Positions 1 to 12,653 of a DNA stretch of 64,000 nucleotides are shown piece by piece; position 1 is the first letter of the stretch; every line of letters starts with the position of its first letter. The translations under genes and the position numbers were made by a program. The stretch comes from Octopus bimaculoides (taxonomy: Eukaryota): positions 20,125,342-20,189,341 of the forward strand of contig NC_068997.1 in assembly GCF_001194135.2 (NCBI RefSeq). The letters are read 5' to 3'. Below the pieces are notes generated by a model. The model did not search any database and was not told where the DNA came from. It saw nothing but the letters and a program-made list of their open reading frames with translations.

Positions 1-1981
1 CTATGTTATGAAAAATAGGTAAAGAATACTGAGATGAAAGTTTAATCTATGATGTTGTATGTATCACTTTCTCTCTCTCTCCCTCTCCCTCTTTTACTAT
101 TACTCTCTATATTTTTATGTTGAGCGCGTGTGTAAGAATGGCGTTCCAGGTAGAAGGGATGAAATATAAAAGTTGCTAGAAACAACAGCCAAATCTCCCT
201 TAAATTACACAAAGTAAACGGAATTTAAAAAATCTAATTACTGCACTGGAAAGTTCACATCGAGAAAATTCCATTGATGTAAAAATTTTTACGAAAAAGT
301 GGAAAATGTGGATTTCTATAAACTTTCAAAAAGGCTTCACACAAACACACAACTCCAGATTTATATATTAAGATATGTATATAAACACATACATACATAG
401 ATACACACACACACACATACACACACATATATATATTTATATATTTATTTATTTATTTATTCATATTTATATATGCGTAAGAACTTACTGTGCTCAAGGC
501 TGCGTAACGTTCATATATATATTATAAGTTTATACTCTGCAAAAGTATAGAGTAACCCATTCGATCAATGTAAAACTGTTTTAATATAGCTGAACATAAA
601 AACAAACATTTACACACACACACACACACATATATGGATATAGATATGTACCTTTATTGTTCATTGTTATTTTTATTGACTGACATTAAACTTAATGTAT
701 TTATAAAATTTAGTTTTATAACCAGAGTGAAGCGATGTAACAGGTGCACATGCCTCACTCTGTAAGATTGACATGACACCAAGATGAAAAGGAAGAATGG
801 ATTACTCTGCTATTATGACACCATATCGAATGGATTTTGGAGCCAATATTGCTGAATATCGTCACGAATTAGTGTAGGGTGATTCAAAAGTCACGATGTT
901 TAAAAATACAGTTGGATCAACAGCTTAAGCATGAGATTACACCCACAGGTCGTATTATGGATTTAGACTCCATGACTTTTAGATCACCCTGTTTACACAC
1001 GCACGCACGCACGTACACGCGCGCATGCACACACCGCACGCACACGCGCGCGCACGTACGTGTGTTTATAATTCATTTTTGGAACCGAGGATGTCAAAGC
1101 ACACTTTAAGCTATCAAGAATAACGTTAAATAATAACATGTAATTACTTCACGTTTTCCCGAAACCTAACAAAATGTTATGACGTCAACTATATATATAT
1201 ATATATATATATATAGTAATCTGTATATTCTACTTAATGTAGATGTACTGGAAGATCGTCATAATATTGCAGTATTCGTCTTGAGAAAACATCTCGTACA
1301 GACGTATAGTGCTAAAAAAAAAAAAACCCTGAACTACCGGCAATAGATAAGAAATGTCCAACAGCGGTCAAGAATCTGTTAGATCACGTTATTTCTTCGT
1401 GTTTGTGCGTCATCAGCCTCTGGTCTCCACTACCACCGCGTGTGAGCCAGACTTTGGGAGAACAGATATGGGAAAACTGACTAATCAGTCACCGGTGTCG
1501 CAAATAGCTGACACTTATTAGTTTGGCTAGCATGCAGCGGTTGAAGATATCTGCTGCTAAGGCCTGCCCCAGTGTGGGTGCAGTCAAATGACTGAAAGAA
1601 GTAAAAGAATAACAGAACGGTTATATGTTTCTGTTGTTATATATTTTTGTAACCTCCATGGATTAGGAAACCTCAGTAACATAACTAGGGTGGGTGCAAG
1701 GGGATCGGTCCGTTCCGGGCGGCACATATGGATCTGCTTCATGCCCGTCGCTAAGGCGGTGCATTGGACGGCACTGGATGGCATTGCCCCTTCACTATTC
1801 AACGGTACACCCTCAAATTTAGAAAATACAGTTTGCAAAAATCTTTCCTCAATACAAATTTTCTGAAGTACCCCCATCAACTAGAGTCTGGCGACAGGCC
1901 TGGTCTGCTTTATTTGTATAGGATGTGGGCACCCAGTTTGGGATACAAACGGAAGCATTGTCACAGGCGGCAGAACTCTAG

Positions 1982-2062
1982 TTACACCTCTGGGAAATCT
2001 TGTTTATAATCAGTGGATGCTTGAAAATAAATTGCTTCTCCAGCATTAGTGGCTTTTATTCG
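1982..2062 (-). CDS. Candidate terminal coding exon of an unidentified minus-strand gene (RIKATNAGEAIYFQASTDYKQDFPEV*)
   Basis: The minus-strand acceptor ttttagtgtttacag is followed by a single open phase of 26 codons plus TAA. The other two phases stop within a few codons. No homology recognised. Confidence 0.3.
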   Translation of the reverse strand, partial: RIKATNAGEAIYFQASTDYKQDFPEV

Positions 2063-2222
2063 CTGTAAACACTAAAACGGACATGATGAATAATTTAAGG
2101 AAAACGTCGACATTCTTTTATAAAATTTATTTTATATTTTTATATAACGATATATTTTAGTGTATATTGCGGTATGCTTTAAGGTATGTATTCAAGTTGC
2201 TTCTTGAAACGTTACTATATAT

Positions 2223-2375
2223 CAGGGCGGACTCGAGAGTGGGCCCGAGGGGCACGTGCCCCACTCAAGAAAAGAAGTGCGCACTTCTAAATAATGCTAT
2301 TACGCCTTTTTCTCCTGGAATTATATTCCCTTCTGACCTTGTGTCCACCCTTCGAAAAATTCCTGGGACCGCGCG
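2223..2375. mobile_element. Degenerate GC-rich hAT-type MITE
   Basis: Left end cagggcggactcgagagtgggcccgaggggcacgtgccc and right end gtccacccttcgaaaaattcctgggaccgcg resemble the CAGGGGCGGATCCAG-type MITE layout. TIRs are decayed. Confidence 0.35.
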
Positions 2376-2454
2376 CGCGCATGTGTACACACACACACAC
2401 ACATATTCCAGTTCAAACTTGAACGAGCAGACGAACAATATTTTTCTCGTTTTT

Positions 2455-2880
2455 CCTTTACTTGAACTGCGGCCATACTGGGGCATCACTTGAAGGGTTT
2501 TAGTCGAACAAATCGACTGTAGTATTTATTATTATTATTATTATTTTAAAGTCTGGTACTTATTTTATTGATCATTTTAGTCAAACCGCTAAGTTACGGG
2601 GATGTAAACAAACCGACACCGGTTGTCACGCAGTAGGGTGGGGGACAAACACAAAGGCACATAAACACTCATACACACGTACACGTACACACACACCAGA
2701 GAAAACACACACACACACACACACACAGAAATATACACACACACAGAGAAACATACACACATATATTACATACAATAGGCTTCTTTCAGTTTCCGTCTAC
2801 CATTAGTTGGCCTGGGGCTATAGTAGAAAACACGCAAGGTGACATGAAGTGGGACTGAACCCGAAAATTCTTTACCACAT
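2455..2880 (-). mobile_element. Octopus-type tRNA-derived SINE pieces with an internal (CA)n
   Basis: Recurrent motifs ggtacttattttattgatc, gctaagttacggggatgtaaacaaaccgacaccggttgtc and ggcttctttcagtttccgtctacc are shared with copies at 6.5-7.0, 28.2-28.5 and 55.0-55.5 kb. Confidence 0.75.
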
Positions 2881-3272
2881 AACAAATCCAACCGTGACAT
2901 CCCATCCTTTACGGAGTCCCTTGGACAGCTTTATATATTGCACTCATTTCTTGGTTTAACCCATCTATGACAATATATTTTGTTAATGAATACTGTTCAA
3001 ATATTTCATTTAATTTTGTTTTGTCTGGAATCTGGTAAAATAACTACCTTCTCCATTACTAAGTCGCTTCTTGAAACGTTACTGAACAGAAATTTCTTTT
3101 ATAAAATTATGATAGAACGTAACATTCAGATGTAAACTCTTTCAAAGAGAGTTTATAACTTAGAACTGCTGGTGATCCTCAAGTGCGTTAAAGAAACATT
3201 GAACTTGGCTGTTGTTTCTAGCATGCCGCGTGACCGTGTAGAGGTTGTGCGTGTGCGTATGCGTGTGCGTGT

Positions 3273-3311
<39 letters not shown>

Positions 3312-4276
3312 CACATGTGCATGCGTCAGGGTGATATTCAGAAACCGAAAGTAAGAGAAAGGGTGAGAGGAACAAGTTAGAATGAGGAAGAGAGAATTAG
3401 AACGAGAGAGAGAGAGAGAGAGGTGGGGAGTCGGACAGACAGACAGACAGGCAGACAGACAAAGAAACACAGAAAGAGTGAACAAGAGCGAGGGAGAGAG
3501 CGGGGGTAAATAACATGACGGCATACAATATCATGTGACCAAAGGGAAAGAGCAGACGACATATCACGTGAATAACAAACATGAGAAGAGGAAATTTTCT
3601 CTATTGTCTGTCAGTAATGTTTCCGTGCTGTGTGTTGAAATATAAAATAAATGTAAGGAAAATATCGGAAAAGAAAAACAAAATAATGTTGGTCCATTGT
3701 TGATAGAGGTTTACATGCAGTGAATCCATAAATATACAGGTGTGTATGTGTGTTGTTATTTAGCCCAAGGTCAGCCATAATCCAGTGAACCCCATACTGA
3801 AAAGTATTCCAGCCGTAAGCATTCTGTCTATTTCTTTTCCCCTACTTTTTTTTTTTACAATGTATCTAATACTATATATATATTAACCCATTAATGCATC
3901 CTTCATATTTTTAAAGCTGTAAGTTGTAATTTGAGAGTTCTTTGGCTTCTATTTCTAGTAGGGCGAGCACGTATCCTTAGCTTTCTGTTTTTAATCATAA
4001 CTTTAGATTACGCCATATTTTCACTTGTCAAAAAAAGTATATTTTGAAATAAGAATTATCGGATTAAAAATAACAAATAAATAAGAGGACATTCTTTATT
4101 TCGAAAAAATATATNNNNNNNNNNNNNNNNNNNNNNNNNNNNNNNNNNNNNNNNNNNNNNNNNNNNNNNNNNNNNNNNNNNNNNNNNNNNNNNNNNNNNN
4201 NNNNNNNNNNNNNNNNNNNNNNNNNNTATTTACACACACACATATACATATATATCTATATATATCTGTCTATCAA

Positions 4277-4308
<32 letters not shown>

Positions 4309-4328
4309 GAGAGAGAGGGGGGAGAGAA

Positions 4329-4369
<41 letters not shown>

Positions 4370-5041
4370 TTACATTCCTTACCGAATTGAGATGGAGTTT
4401 AATTTGAGTTTATTTTTCATATACCATAAATGGAAATGGTAAGATTTTTATGCTGCCATGACGTGCCATGTCCCTTTATGTCTTATTCTCTAGCGGTTCG
4501 ACAAATAGATATTGGTAATATAAGTAAAAGGAGGAAATTTGTATTGATATACATGATTGACTAAACTCCTTGATTATGGCCGAAGTCCGATGGTAGAAAC
4601 CATTAAAAAGAATGAGAGACTATATGACCGCTATATCAAACAGATTATTCTTATTAAGAAATTAAGATATTCTGTATAAAATCAAATTCTTCCCCAATTA
4701 AATTTCTACTTTTCGAACTAAAAAATTATTCTCAGTGTTCGTTAAAAGCTTCTCAGTTGAGAAACTCCGTCGGCCGATTTGCGTTCGTGTCTGTGTATGT
4801 GTCTGTGTGTGTGTGTGAGTGTTTTCTACTGCGTCGTTAACTAACACTCCGCCCGTCATAATTTTCATGTAGGAATGTTCTACACATACGTTTAAAAGGA
4901 TGAAAACCTATCATTATGAACTCTCCAGCAGGGTTGCTAGATCTATGTTATTAAAAGAAGCTCAAAATTTTCAAAACGTAGCGAATTGTTTTAGAAAGTA
5001 GCAAAAATATGTATGTACGTATGTATGTATGTATGTATATC

Positions 5042-5072
<31 letters not shown>

Positions 5073-5362
5073 ATACATATATATATATATACATACATAT
5101 ATACATACACACACACACACAAGAATGTATGCATGAATATGTACGTATATATATATGTGTGTTTGTGCATACGAATGTATGTATGTCTGCATGTATATAG
5201 ATGTAGATATATATACATATATGTATACATGTATGCACGTATATATAATATTCATGAACTTATGTGTGTAGAGGTATGCATGCATGTGTGAATGGATGTG
5301 TATATATTTGTGTGTGTCTCTGTCTGTGTGACTGCTGTCTGTTTCTCTGTGTAGATGTATGT

Positions 5363-5417
<55 letters not shown>

Positions 5418-5794
5418 NNNNNNNNNNNNNNNNNNNNNNNNNNNNNNNNNNNNNNNNNNNNNNNNNNNNNNNNNNNNNNNNNNNNNNNNNNNNNNNNNNN
5501 NNNNNNNNNNNNNNNNNNNNNNNNNNNNNNNNNNNNNNNNNNNNNNNNNNNNNNNNNNNNNNNNNNNNNNNNNNNNNNNNNNNNNNNNNNNNNNNNNNNN
5601 NNNNNNNNNNNNNNNNNNNNNNNNNNNNNNNNNNNNNNNNNNNNNNNNNNNNNNNNNNNNNNNNNNNNNNNNNNNNNNNNNNNNNNNNNNNNNNNNNNNN
5701 NNNNNNNNNNNNNNNNNNNNNNNNNNNNNNNNNNNNNNNNNNNNNNNNNNNNNNNNNNNNNNNNNNNNNNNACATACATACATACATACATACA

Positions 5795-5830
<36 letters not shown>

Positions 5831-5992
5831 TACGTACATATATTCTTATACAAGAATATTATTGACAATGACTTCGAAGTCACTGCGAACAACATTCTAG
5901 TATAAGAATAATAAATTTGTACTCTACGAAAGGATAGTGTAACCCATCAGATTAATGTAAAATTGTTTTTATTATAACTGGACATAAAAACA

Positions 5993-6023
<31 letters not shown>

Positions 6024-6053
6024 TGTATGTATGTATGTATGTATGTATGTATG

Positions 6054-6088
<35 letters not shown>

Positions 6089-6479
6089 TGAGAAATGTGC
6101 TGCTTGTAGCCCAATCTGGTCGCATCTCTTCTCCAACACAACACTATCTTCACTAGTACCAACATCGAAAACGTGCTAAGAATCGTGCCTTTACATGGGT
6201 GCCCAATCTGCTAAAATTTAAAAATTAAAGTTTCCTCAAATTACATCCTACAATTTTTTTTTTTTTTGAAGAAAAGGATGCATTCAATAACGTAGTAATA
6301 AATATGTTGCCTGAAATAAAGACGGAATGGTCACGTTCGGAATGCTTTTGATCATGGGTGTAGACTACTGAAAGTTAGTTCACCTGTGGCTAAACAATAA
6401 TAGCAACTGTATCAGCAAGACATCGAGGAAGTGTATATTTTTCAACCTACTTAATACAACTTCCAAATCTTCTTCGACG

Positions 6480-6995
6480 AGGCGCTAGCATGGTTGTGTG
6501 ATTTAAAAGCTTGTTTTGCGACGAGGGTGGTTTCGGGTTCAATCCCACAGCATGACACGTCATTGGGCAAGTGTCCTCTAGTATATCCCCAGGCCGACTA
6601 ATGTCTTGTGAAAGAATTCGGTAGACAGGAACTGTCTGGAAACCCGTCGTGTATAGGCGCAAGCGAGGCTGTGTGGTAAGAAGCTTGCTTCCCAACCACA
6701 TGGTTCCGGGTTCAGCCCCAGTGCGTGGCACATTGGACAAGTGTCTTCTTCTATAACCCCGGGCCGACCAAAGCCTTGTGAGCGGATTTGGTAGACGAAA
6801 ACTGAAAGAAGCCCGTTGTATATATGAATATGTGTGTGTGTGTGTGTGTGTGTATGTGTCATTGTGCCTATGTTTGTGCCCCCCGCCTCACAGCTTGACG
6901 ACCGGTGCTTGTGTGTTTACCTTCTCATAATCTAGCGATTCAGCAAAAGAGTCCGATAAAATAAGTACCAGGCTTATAAAAAGTAAGTACAGGGG
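6480..6995 (+). mobile_element. Two tandem tRNA-derived SINEs
   Basis: Two heads with B-box-like ggttcaatcc and gggttcagccc, each followed by the shared body gggcaagtgtc...ggccgac...gccttgtgag...ttggtagac...aaactg...gaagcccg, then a (TG)n tract and the common 3' part. Confidence 0.8.
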
Positions 6996-7126
6996 TCGAT
7001 ATATTCNNNNNNNNNNNNNNNNNNNNNNNNNNNNNNNNNNNNNNNNNNNNNNNNNNNNNNNNNNNNNNNNNNNNNNNNNNNNNNNNNNNNNNNNNNNNNN
7101 NNNNNNNNNNNNNNNNNNNNNNNNNN

Positions 7127-7167
<41 letters not shown>

Positions 7168-7231
7168 CACACACACACACACACACATTATTTACAATGG
7201 ACGGATAGATGTCCTCATCTTCTTTGTTGTT

Positions 7232-7277
7232 ATCACAACATTTCGACTGATGTACTCTCCAGCCTTCATCAGGTGTT
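7232..7277 (-). ncRNA. Minimal type I hammerhead ribozyme, slightly decayed copy in the inverted pLTR
   Basis: Minus strand reads aacac-CTGATGA-aggctg-gagagtacat-cagtc-GAAA-tgtt-gtgat. The core is intact, the stem III palindrome is AUGU instead of ACGU, and stems I and II have substitutions. Confidence 0.7.
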
Positions 7278-7760
7278 CAGGTGGAATTTCGAACCCAACC
7301 CTTTATTTGACTAATGAAGTACAGTTCTCATTCCTAAGGTATGTTGCTGATATTATTATTGAGGAGTTAGCCATAAAGATTCCAAAAGCTTAAGGAGATG
7401 AACTAAGACGGAAAGTGAGACAGGTACTAGAGAAAACGAAACTTCCTAAACCAAACATAACTAAGGAAAAAAAGTTCGTTATTAGAACATTACAGAGTGA
7501 TAGTTACATCACAATACTTCCAGCGGACAAGGGCAGTGTTACGGTGGTGAACAAGTCTGAATACTCGGAAAAATTGGCAAGTCTCAGCAAAATAAAGAAC
7601 GGCTCACCTCTGAAAACAGAGAGGAAGTTCAGTTCTGTATTTAAGAGAAGAGGAATTATGTACAATATTTACATTATTTAAATTTGACTGATATTTGTCC
7701 ACATCTTGTTTGTTGTTAACATAACGTTTCGGCTGATATACAACTACGCCATATGCCCAC

Positions 7761-7833
7761 GGGCATATGGCGTAGTGGTTAAGAGTGCGGGCTACTAACC
7801 CCAAGATTCCGAGTTCGATTCCAAGCAGTGACC
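7761..7833 (+). promoter_or_regulatory. tRNA-like head with RNA polymerase III A and B boxes, upstream of the hammerhead
   Basis: A box TGGCGTAGTGG (7768-7778), B box GTTCGATTC (7813-7821) and an anticodon-arm-like gggCTactAAccc. A decayed copy lies at about 9105-9162, at the 3' end of the Penelope element. Confidence 0.75.
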
Positions 7834-7836
7834 TAA

Positions 7837-7876
<40 letters not shown>

Positions 7877-7928
7877 TAACATCGAAAAATACCTTAGGAA
7901 TGAGAACCCAAGTTCGAAATTTACCCAA

Positions 7929-7974
7929 GACACCTGATGAAGGCTGGAGGGTATATCAGCCGAAACGTTGTGTT
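7929..7974 (+). ncRNA. Minimal type I hammerhead ribozyme (Penelope pLTR type)
   Basis: gacac-CTGATGA-a-ggctg-gagggtatat-cagcc-GAAA-CG-TT-gtgtt. Conserved core, 5-bp stem II, palindromic ACGU stem III, and stem I gacac/gtgtt (one G-U pair). Confidence 0.85.
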
Positions 7975-9187
7975 AACAACAAACAAGATGAGGACAAATA
8001 TCCGTCAAATGTAAATATAGAGACGAAGTTGTCACAGATCTTGATCAAGAACAAGGATCACTTTATACCAATGAAGTACAGACAACTGACTCAGCACCAC
8101 TATAAGCTGCCACACATGTACAGTCTCCCGAAGAATCATAAGGATGGTATTCCATTAAGACCTATAGTGAACTGTAGGTATTCGGAATGTCATCCACTGG
8201 GCCGCTTCCTGGTAAATATAGTCAGTCCATTAGCAGGTAAGTGAACATCGTATGTGAAGAATTCCACTCATGTGAGCTCAACAAAGCCATCCACACAGTT
8301 CACAATTGAAATAGAAAAGACAATCATCTGGCATTCCTGGACGTATTAATAATACGCACTGAGTATAGGTTAAGGACATCCGTATACTGCAAGTCAACCT
8401 TTAATGGACAATACTTCAACTTCATTTCCCACCATCTATACAGTATAAAGAGAAGGATTGCTCAGTGCCTAAAACATCGAGCAAAGACTATAAGTAGCGA
8501 TCCTGATACACACCAGGAAGAAATGACCGGGCTAAGAAACAGTCTGCTATGCAACAACTACCCAAAGAACATACTATCCACTCCAATTAGGAAGAGGAGA
8601 GAGGATAAAACCCATAAACTGAACACAGTCTGTCCACTTTATGTCAAAGGCCTCTCGGTAAAGATACAAAAGATATGCGGTCCATATGACATCAGGACAG
8701 TATTCAGAAGTAATACAACCCTTCGCAAATATTTTCTCCGAGTAAAACCACCCATAGAAAAAAATATAACCAAAAACTGCGTATGCTTTATCTCATGCGA
8801 TTGTGGTAGGTTATACAAAGGCGAAACATGTCGTCCCCTTAAAGTAAGGGTAGAGGAACATCGTAAAGCTGTGACACGTGGGTATATTGAAAAATCGGGT
8901 ATAGCCGATCATGTATTGAAAAACGGAGACCACCTCCCGCTGTAGGATGAAGCTAAAATAATCGACAGAAAACACCACTGGAAAATACGAAAATTAAAAG
9001 AGGCTGCACATATGCTAAGCAGACCTAGTGCAGATATGAGAACCAGTAATAAGAAAAGATAAAATACTTAGTTTATAAACCCTAAAATTCGTTCTATAAT
9101 TGTCCACGGGCATATAGCGTTGTGGATACTAACCCTATGATTCTAAGTTCAATCCCAGGCAAATCAATGAAACATGTACATGATATA

Positions 9188-9293
9188 CAGGGTATCCACA
9201 AAGTCCGGGTACACGGGGATAAACACATACTTAAAGAAATCATTATTTCTTATATTTAATTGTTTATGTTATGATTTTATTTGTGGACACCTG
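9188..9293. mobile_element. Tc1/mariner-type MITE
   Basis: TIRs cagggtatccacaaa and tttgtggacacctg, flanked by TA on both sides. Confidence 0.7.
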
Positions 9294-10326
9294 TAGAATT
9301 AGAACTCTTCCTTGTGTTCCGATAAAAATGCGGCCAATTGTTCCATTAATCGAACAACCTGTCGACTGGATTGGCGTGCAAATTTGATCTGTCAACCCAA
9401 GCTATGGTAGACATTTACCCATCATTCTACATACTGGAATCGAACCTTTAACCTCATGGTTGCGAATCGAAAGTCTTAAACATTCAGCCATACATGCGAC
9501 CCCACATATAAACACGTATAACTTGTATCCCTCAAACTGTAGTTTACAAGCTCATTTATCACGAACTCCCGAAGCGACGAGATATATATACAAATTGTCT
9601 GTGAAATAAATATGTATGCTCGTTGAGAAAAATACCCTTAGGAAGAAAGGAAGAAAGTCTAGATATACAAACTTAGTTACTGAAATCAACATTATACGAA
9701 ATAAATTTGAGAACGAAGTCCGTATAGCAATATATTGCTGCTCAGTATTAAGACAGACAATGTCGTATAATCTATTATGTAAATGGCATACCAGAACTGG
9801 ACAATCACTAATGAGACTCGAGATCCAATACTCCTAGTATTTTTGCTGTTGTCGTGTTCGTTTTTTATTAGACGAACTCATTAACTTTGCTTTTAACCGA
9901 AAACACCATTATATTACAGCTAGACAAAGTTAAGTACGTTTACGCACACATAATATAATTTCATTATTTGCTCAGGGAAGTATGTAATGTTTCATTCAAC
10001 GTTGGTTACGTTTTTTTCTTTTACCTAAATGAATGTCCTATACCCTGTAACTTATAAAATTACAATAGACCTGTGAGCTATGTTTCAAGAGTATAAGGAA
10101 GGAAGAGGAGGACGGGCGTGAGGTGGATATAACTCAGTGAGAAACTAACGTGCATTGGTAGAGGGTTAGATAACTTTACCCGATATATATGCATGTATAT
10201 GTTTGTTTGCATGTATGTATGCATGTATGTATGTATGTATGTATATATGTATGTATACGTGTGTTTATGTAGCTAGACAGAAAGACGTGTTTGTGCATTT
10301 GTGTGTCTGTGTATACATACATATAC

Positions 10327-10382
<56 letters not shown>

Positions 10383-10712
10383 NNNNNNNNNNNNNNNNNN
10401 NNNNNNNNNNNNNNNNNNNNNNNNNNNNNNNNNNNNNNNNNNNNNNNNNNNNNNNNNNNNNNNNNNNNNNNNNNNNNNNNNNNNNNNNNNNNNNNNNNNN
10501 NNNNNNNNNNNNNNNNNNNNNNNNNNNNNNNNNNNNNNNNNNNNNNNNNNNNNNNNNNNNNNNNNNNNNNNNNNNNNNNNNNNNNNNNNNNNNNNNNNNN
10601 NNNNNNNNNNNNNNNNNNNNNNNNNNNNNNNNNNNNNNNNNNNNNNNNNNNNNNNNNNNNNNNNNNNNNNNNNNNNNNNNNATATATATATCCACACACA
10701 TTGAGTGTATGC

Positions 10713-10750
<38 letters not shown>

Positions 10751-11649
10751 TCACTGAGGCATAGCGATACAATAACCTGATATTAGAACTCAGTGTTACA
10801 TGCTTCAGAATAAAACGTTAGTCGAGTATGAAATTGTTGGTACTCCGTCGGTTACGACGACGAGGGTTCCAGTTGATCCGATCAACGGAACATGAAAAAT
10901 TATCCAGATATTTTATTAGTAACCTCAATTACAACCGGGTCGAAATGAGAAAAAAATTGCATGAAACAAAAAAGTAGCAGCCACTTGGCTGTTTCAAGCT
11001 TTCTCAACTTCAACAACTGTACTGAGTAACTTTTACTCCCCAAAACGATACAACTGTGAAAAATGATGATGCGATACTTACAATGTAAGATTTCAAACAA
11101 ATAGAAAGAAGGTAAAGAAATATCAGAAATTATTCATTTTGCCCTGCTTAGCCCTTTTGTATTCCCACCTATTACTCGTTCACACCTCTGTTCCTGATCT
11201 CCCTCTCTCATACGCGCACACACAGAGTAATTCGACAAATAACATTTAAAACAGAATTATCCGGAAACAGCCGAAGTATTCCTTTTTCCATTTACGAGCA
11301 GAAGATAACTTTTTAAAGAAGACATGTTAATTGCTTAGAATAGTATCACTTTTGCTTCATTCCCATACTCTTCACGCAGACGTCTAAAGTCAACATTGGA
11401 TGTTAAGTATCTTATTGAATTCATTGAAAAATATTCATTTCTTCTTTACTGCTTCCAAAATTGTACTTAGCCAGTCGTTTATCACGAATCTACAAAGACA
11501 GCTTTCCAAAGAGGAAATTGGTATTGTTTAGACCTTTATTAGTCTGTGGTGTTGACATAGTCAATCACCGTTCTCTTCAAAAGTTTAAACTGAAGGTAAA
11601 GTACTTTATTAAATTCATTGAAAAATATTGAACAAAATCAAATTAACTT

Positions 11650-12060
11650 ATTTCTTTCATAAAGTCATGGGTGGCGGTAATTGCATGCTTAGAACTGTGT
11701 CAGTCTTGTTCAATAGCAGTTCAAATTACCGAACTGTTCGAGAAGCTATACAGCACATATACAATAATTGGAGGCATTTTCATTCTTTTATTCCGAACAG
11801 CACAATCAGGAATATCAAACATACCTGAGTAGGGATGGAACATACGGCGTTAATGGTGAATAGGCTAGGATTAGTGAATTGTACAAGATAGTAATTCAGG
11901 TTCATCACCAAAATATAAAAAAGAGAAAAGAAATGACTATAAAATTATTCTTCCTCTGTTTACCATATGCAGCCGAACGGTTAAGGAAAGAAATATATTT
12001 GTGTGTGTGTAGGGGTCAGATTGGTAATGGCCACTACGATGCTCTCTTTCCCATAAACAA
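11650..12060 (+). pseudogene. OTU-family cysteine protease (deubiquitinase-like) relic, probably transposon-borne
   Basis: KVMGGGNCMLRTVS...YRTVREAIQHIYNNWRHFHSFI (canonical GDGNC.FR), then after a frameshift YLSRDGTYGVNGE*ARISELYKIVIQVH and finally GNGHYDAL (GHYD). It is followed by a purine-rich K/E/R-coding stretch (12100-12470). Confidence 0.75.
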
Positions 12061-12653
12061 TTACGAGTATAAGAGGGAAAAGAAACAACACAAGATAATG
12101 AAAAAGAAAAGGAAAGAATGAAGGTTTTAAAAAAAATAATAGCGTTTAATAGTAAGGAAATATTAGACGAAAGCGAAAAAGATCAAAAAACGAGATTGCA
12201 GAAGATGAGGGGGAATAAAAGAGGAGGAGAAGAGAACAAGAAAGTGAAGAGACAGAGAAATAAGATGGCAGAAAAAGAAGGAAAATTATAGAAATAAAGA
12301 AATAACACATGAAAATAAATATTTTAAAAAATGACTAAGAAATAAGACTGCCAGGGAAAAAAAAAGAAAAAGAAAAGAAAGAGATATAAAGATAGAATAA
12401 TAGAGCACAAGAGAGTGAAAAAGACCGAAAGATAAGATTCAAAAAGAAAAGTTTTGCAGAGACAATTTGCAGGAAAAGTATGGACGGATGCAATGGTAGG
12501 GTAGAGCGTTTAATTATGATCCTAATCATGATTATGCACCCCTGGCCTCTGTGTGCAAAATATGTGATAAGTGTGGAGTTAGGAGTGGGGACAAGGAATC
12601 AATATGTATGTGCTGTTCTGTGTTTTTATCTAGATTTGATAAGCTTCAGGAAA

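Larger units (their letters stand above)
7190..9170 (+). mobile_element. Penelope-like retroelement (Penelope/Poseidon type, C-terminal GIY-YIG), 5'-truncated and internally deleted, with an inverted 5' pseudo-LTR
   Basis: RT N-terminal motif ITILPADKGSVTVV (7415-7640). RT motif LPHMYSLPKNHKDGIPLRPIV (8020-8244). Thumb-like HLAFLDVLII near 8320. GIY-YIG region CFISCDCGRLYKGETCRPLKVRVEEH (8523-8945). The RT catalytic core is missing. 7190-7350 is an inverted copy of 7880-8017. Confidence 0.9.

Noticed and set aside
1584-2009. Overlapping ORFs 1584-1880(-), 1588-1866(+) and 1764-2009(+); weak resemblance of HIWICFMPVAKAVH to a Bel/Pao integrase motif
   Set aside because: The ORFs run into a SINE end at about 1540-1612, and no flanking integrase motifs are present. 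It may simply be 3' UTR.
2194-3084. 23-bp direct repeat aagt(t/c)gcttcttgaaacgttact about 870 bp apart
   Set aside because: Too long for a usual TSD, and the enclosed sequence is a mixture of unrelated repeats. Probably a small local duplication.
4383-4500. Strong minus-strand donor CG|gtaagg at 4383
   Set aside because: All three frames hit stops before any acceptor AG.
7761-7833. tRNA-like sequences as functional tRNA genes (also the many SINE heads)
   Set aside because: Acceptor and T stems are imperfect, and each runs into a SINE or pLTR body rather than an oligo-T terminator.
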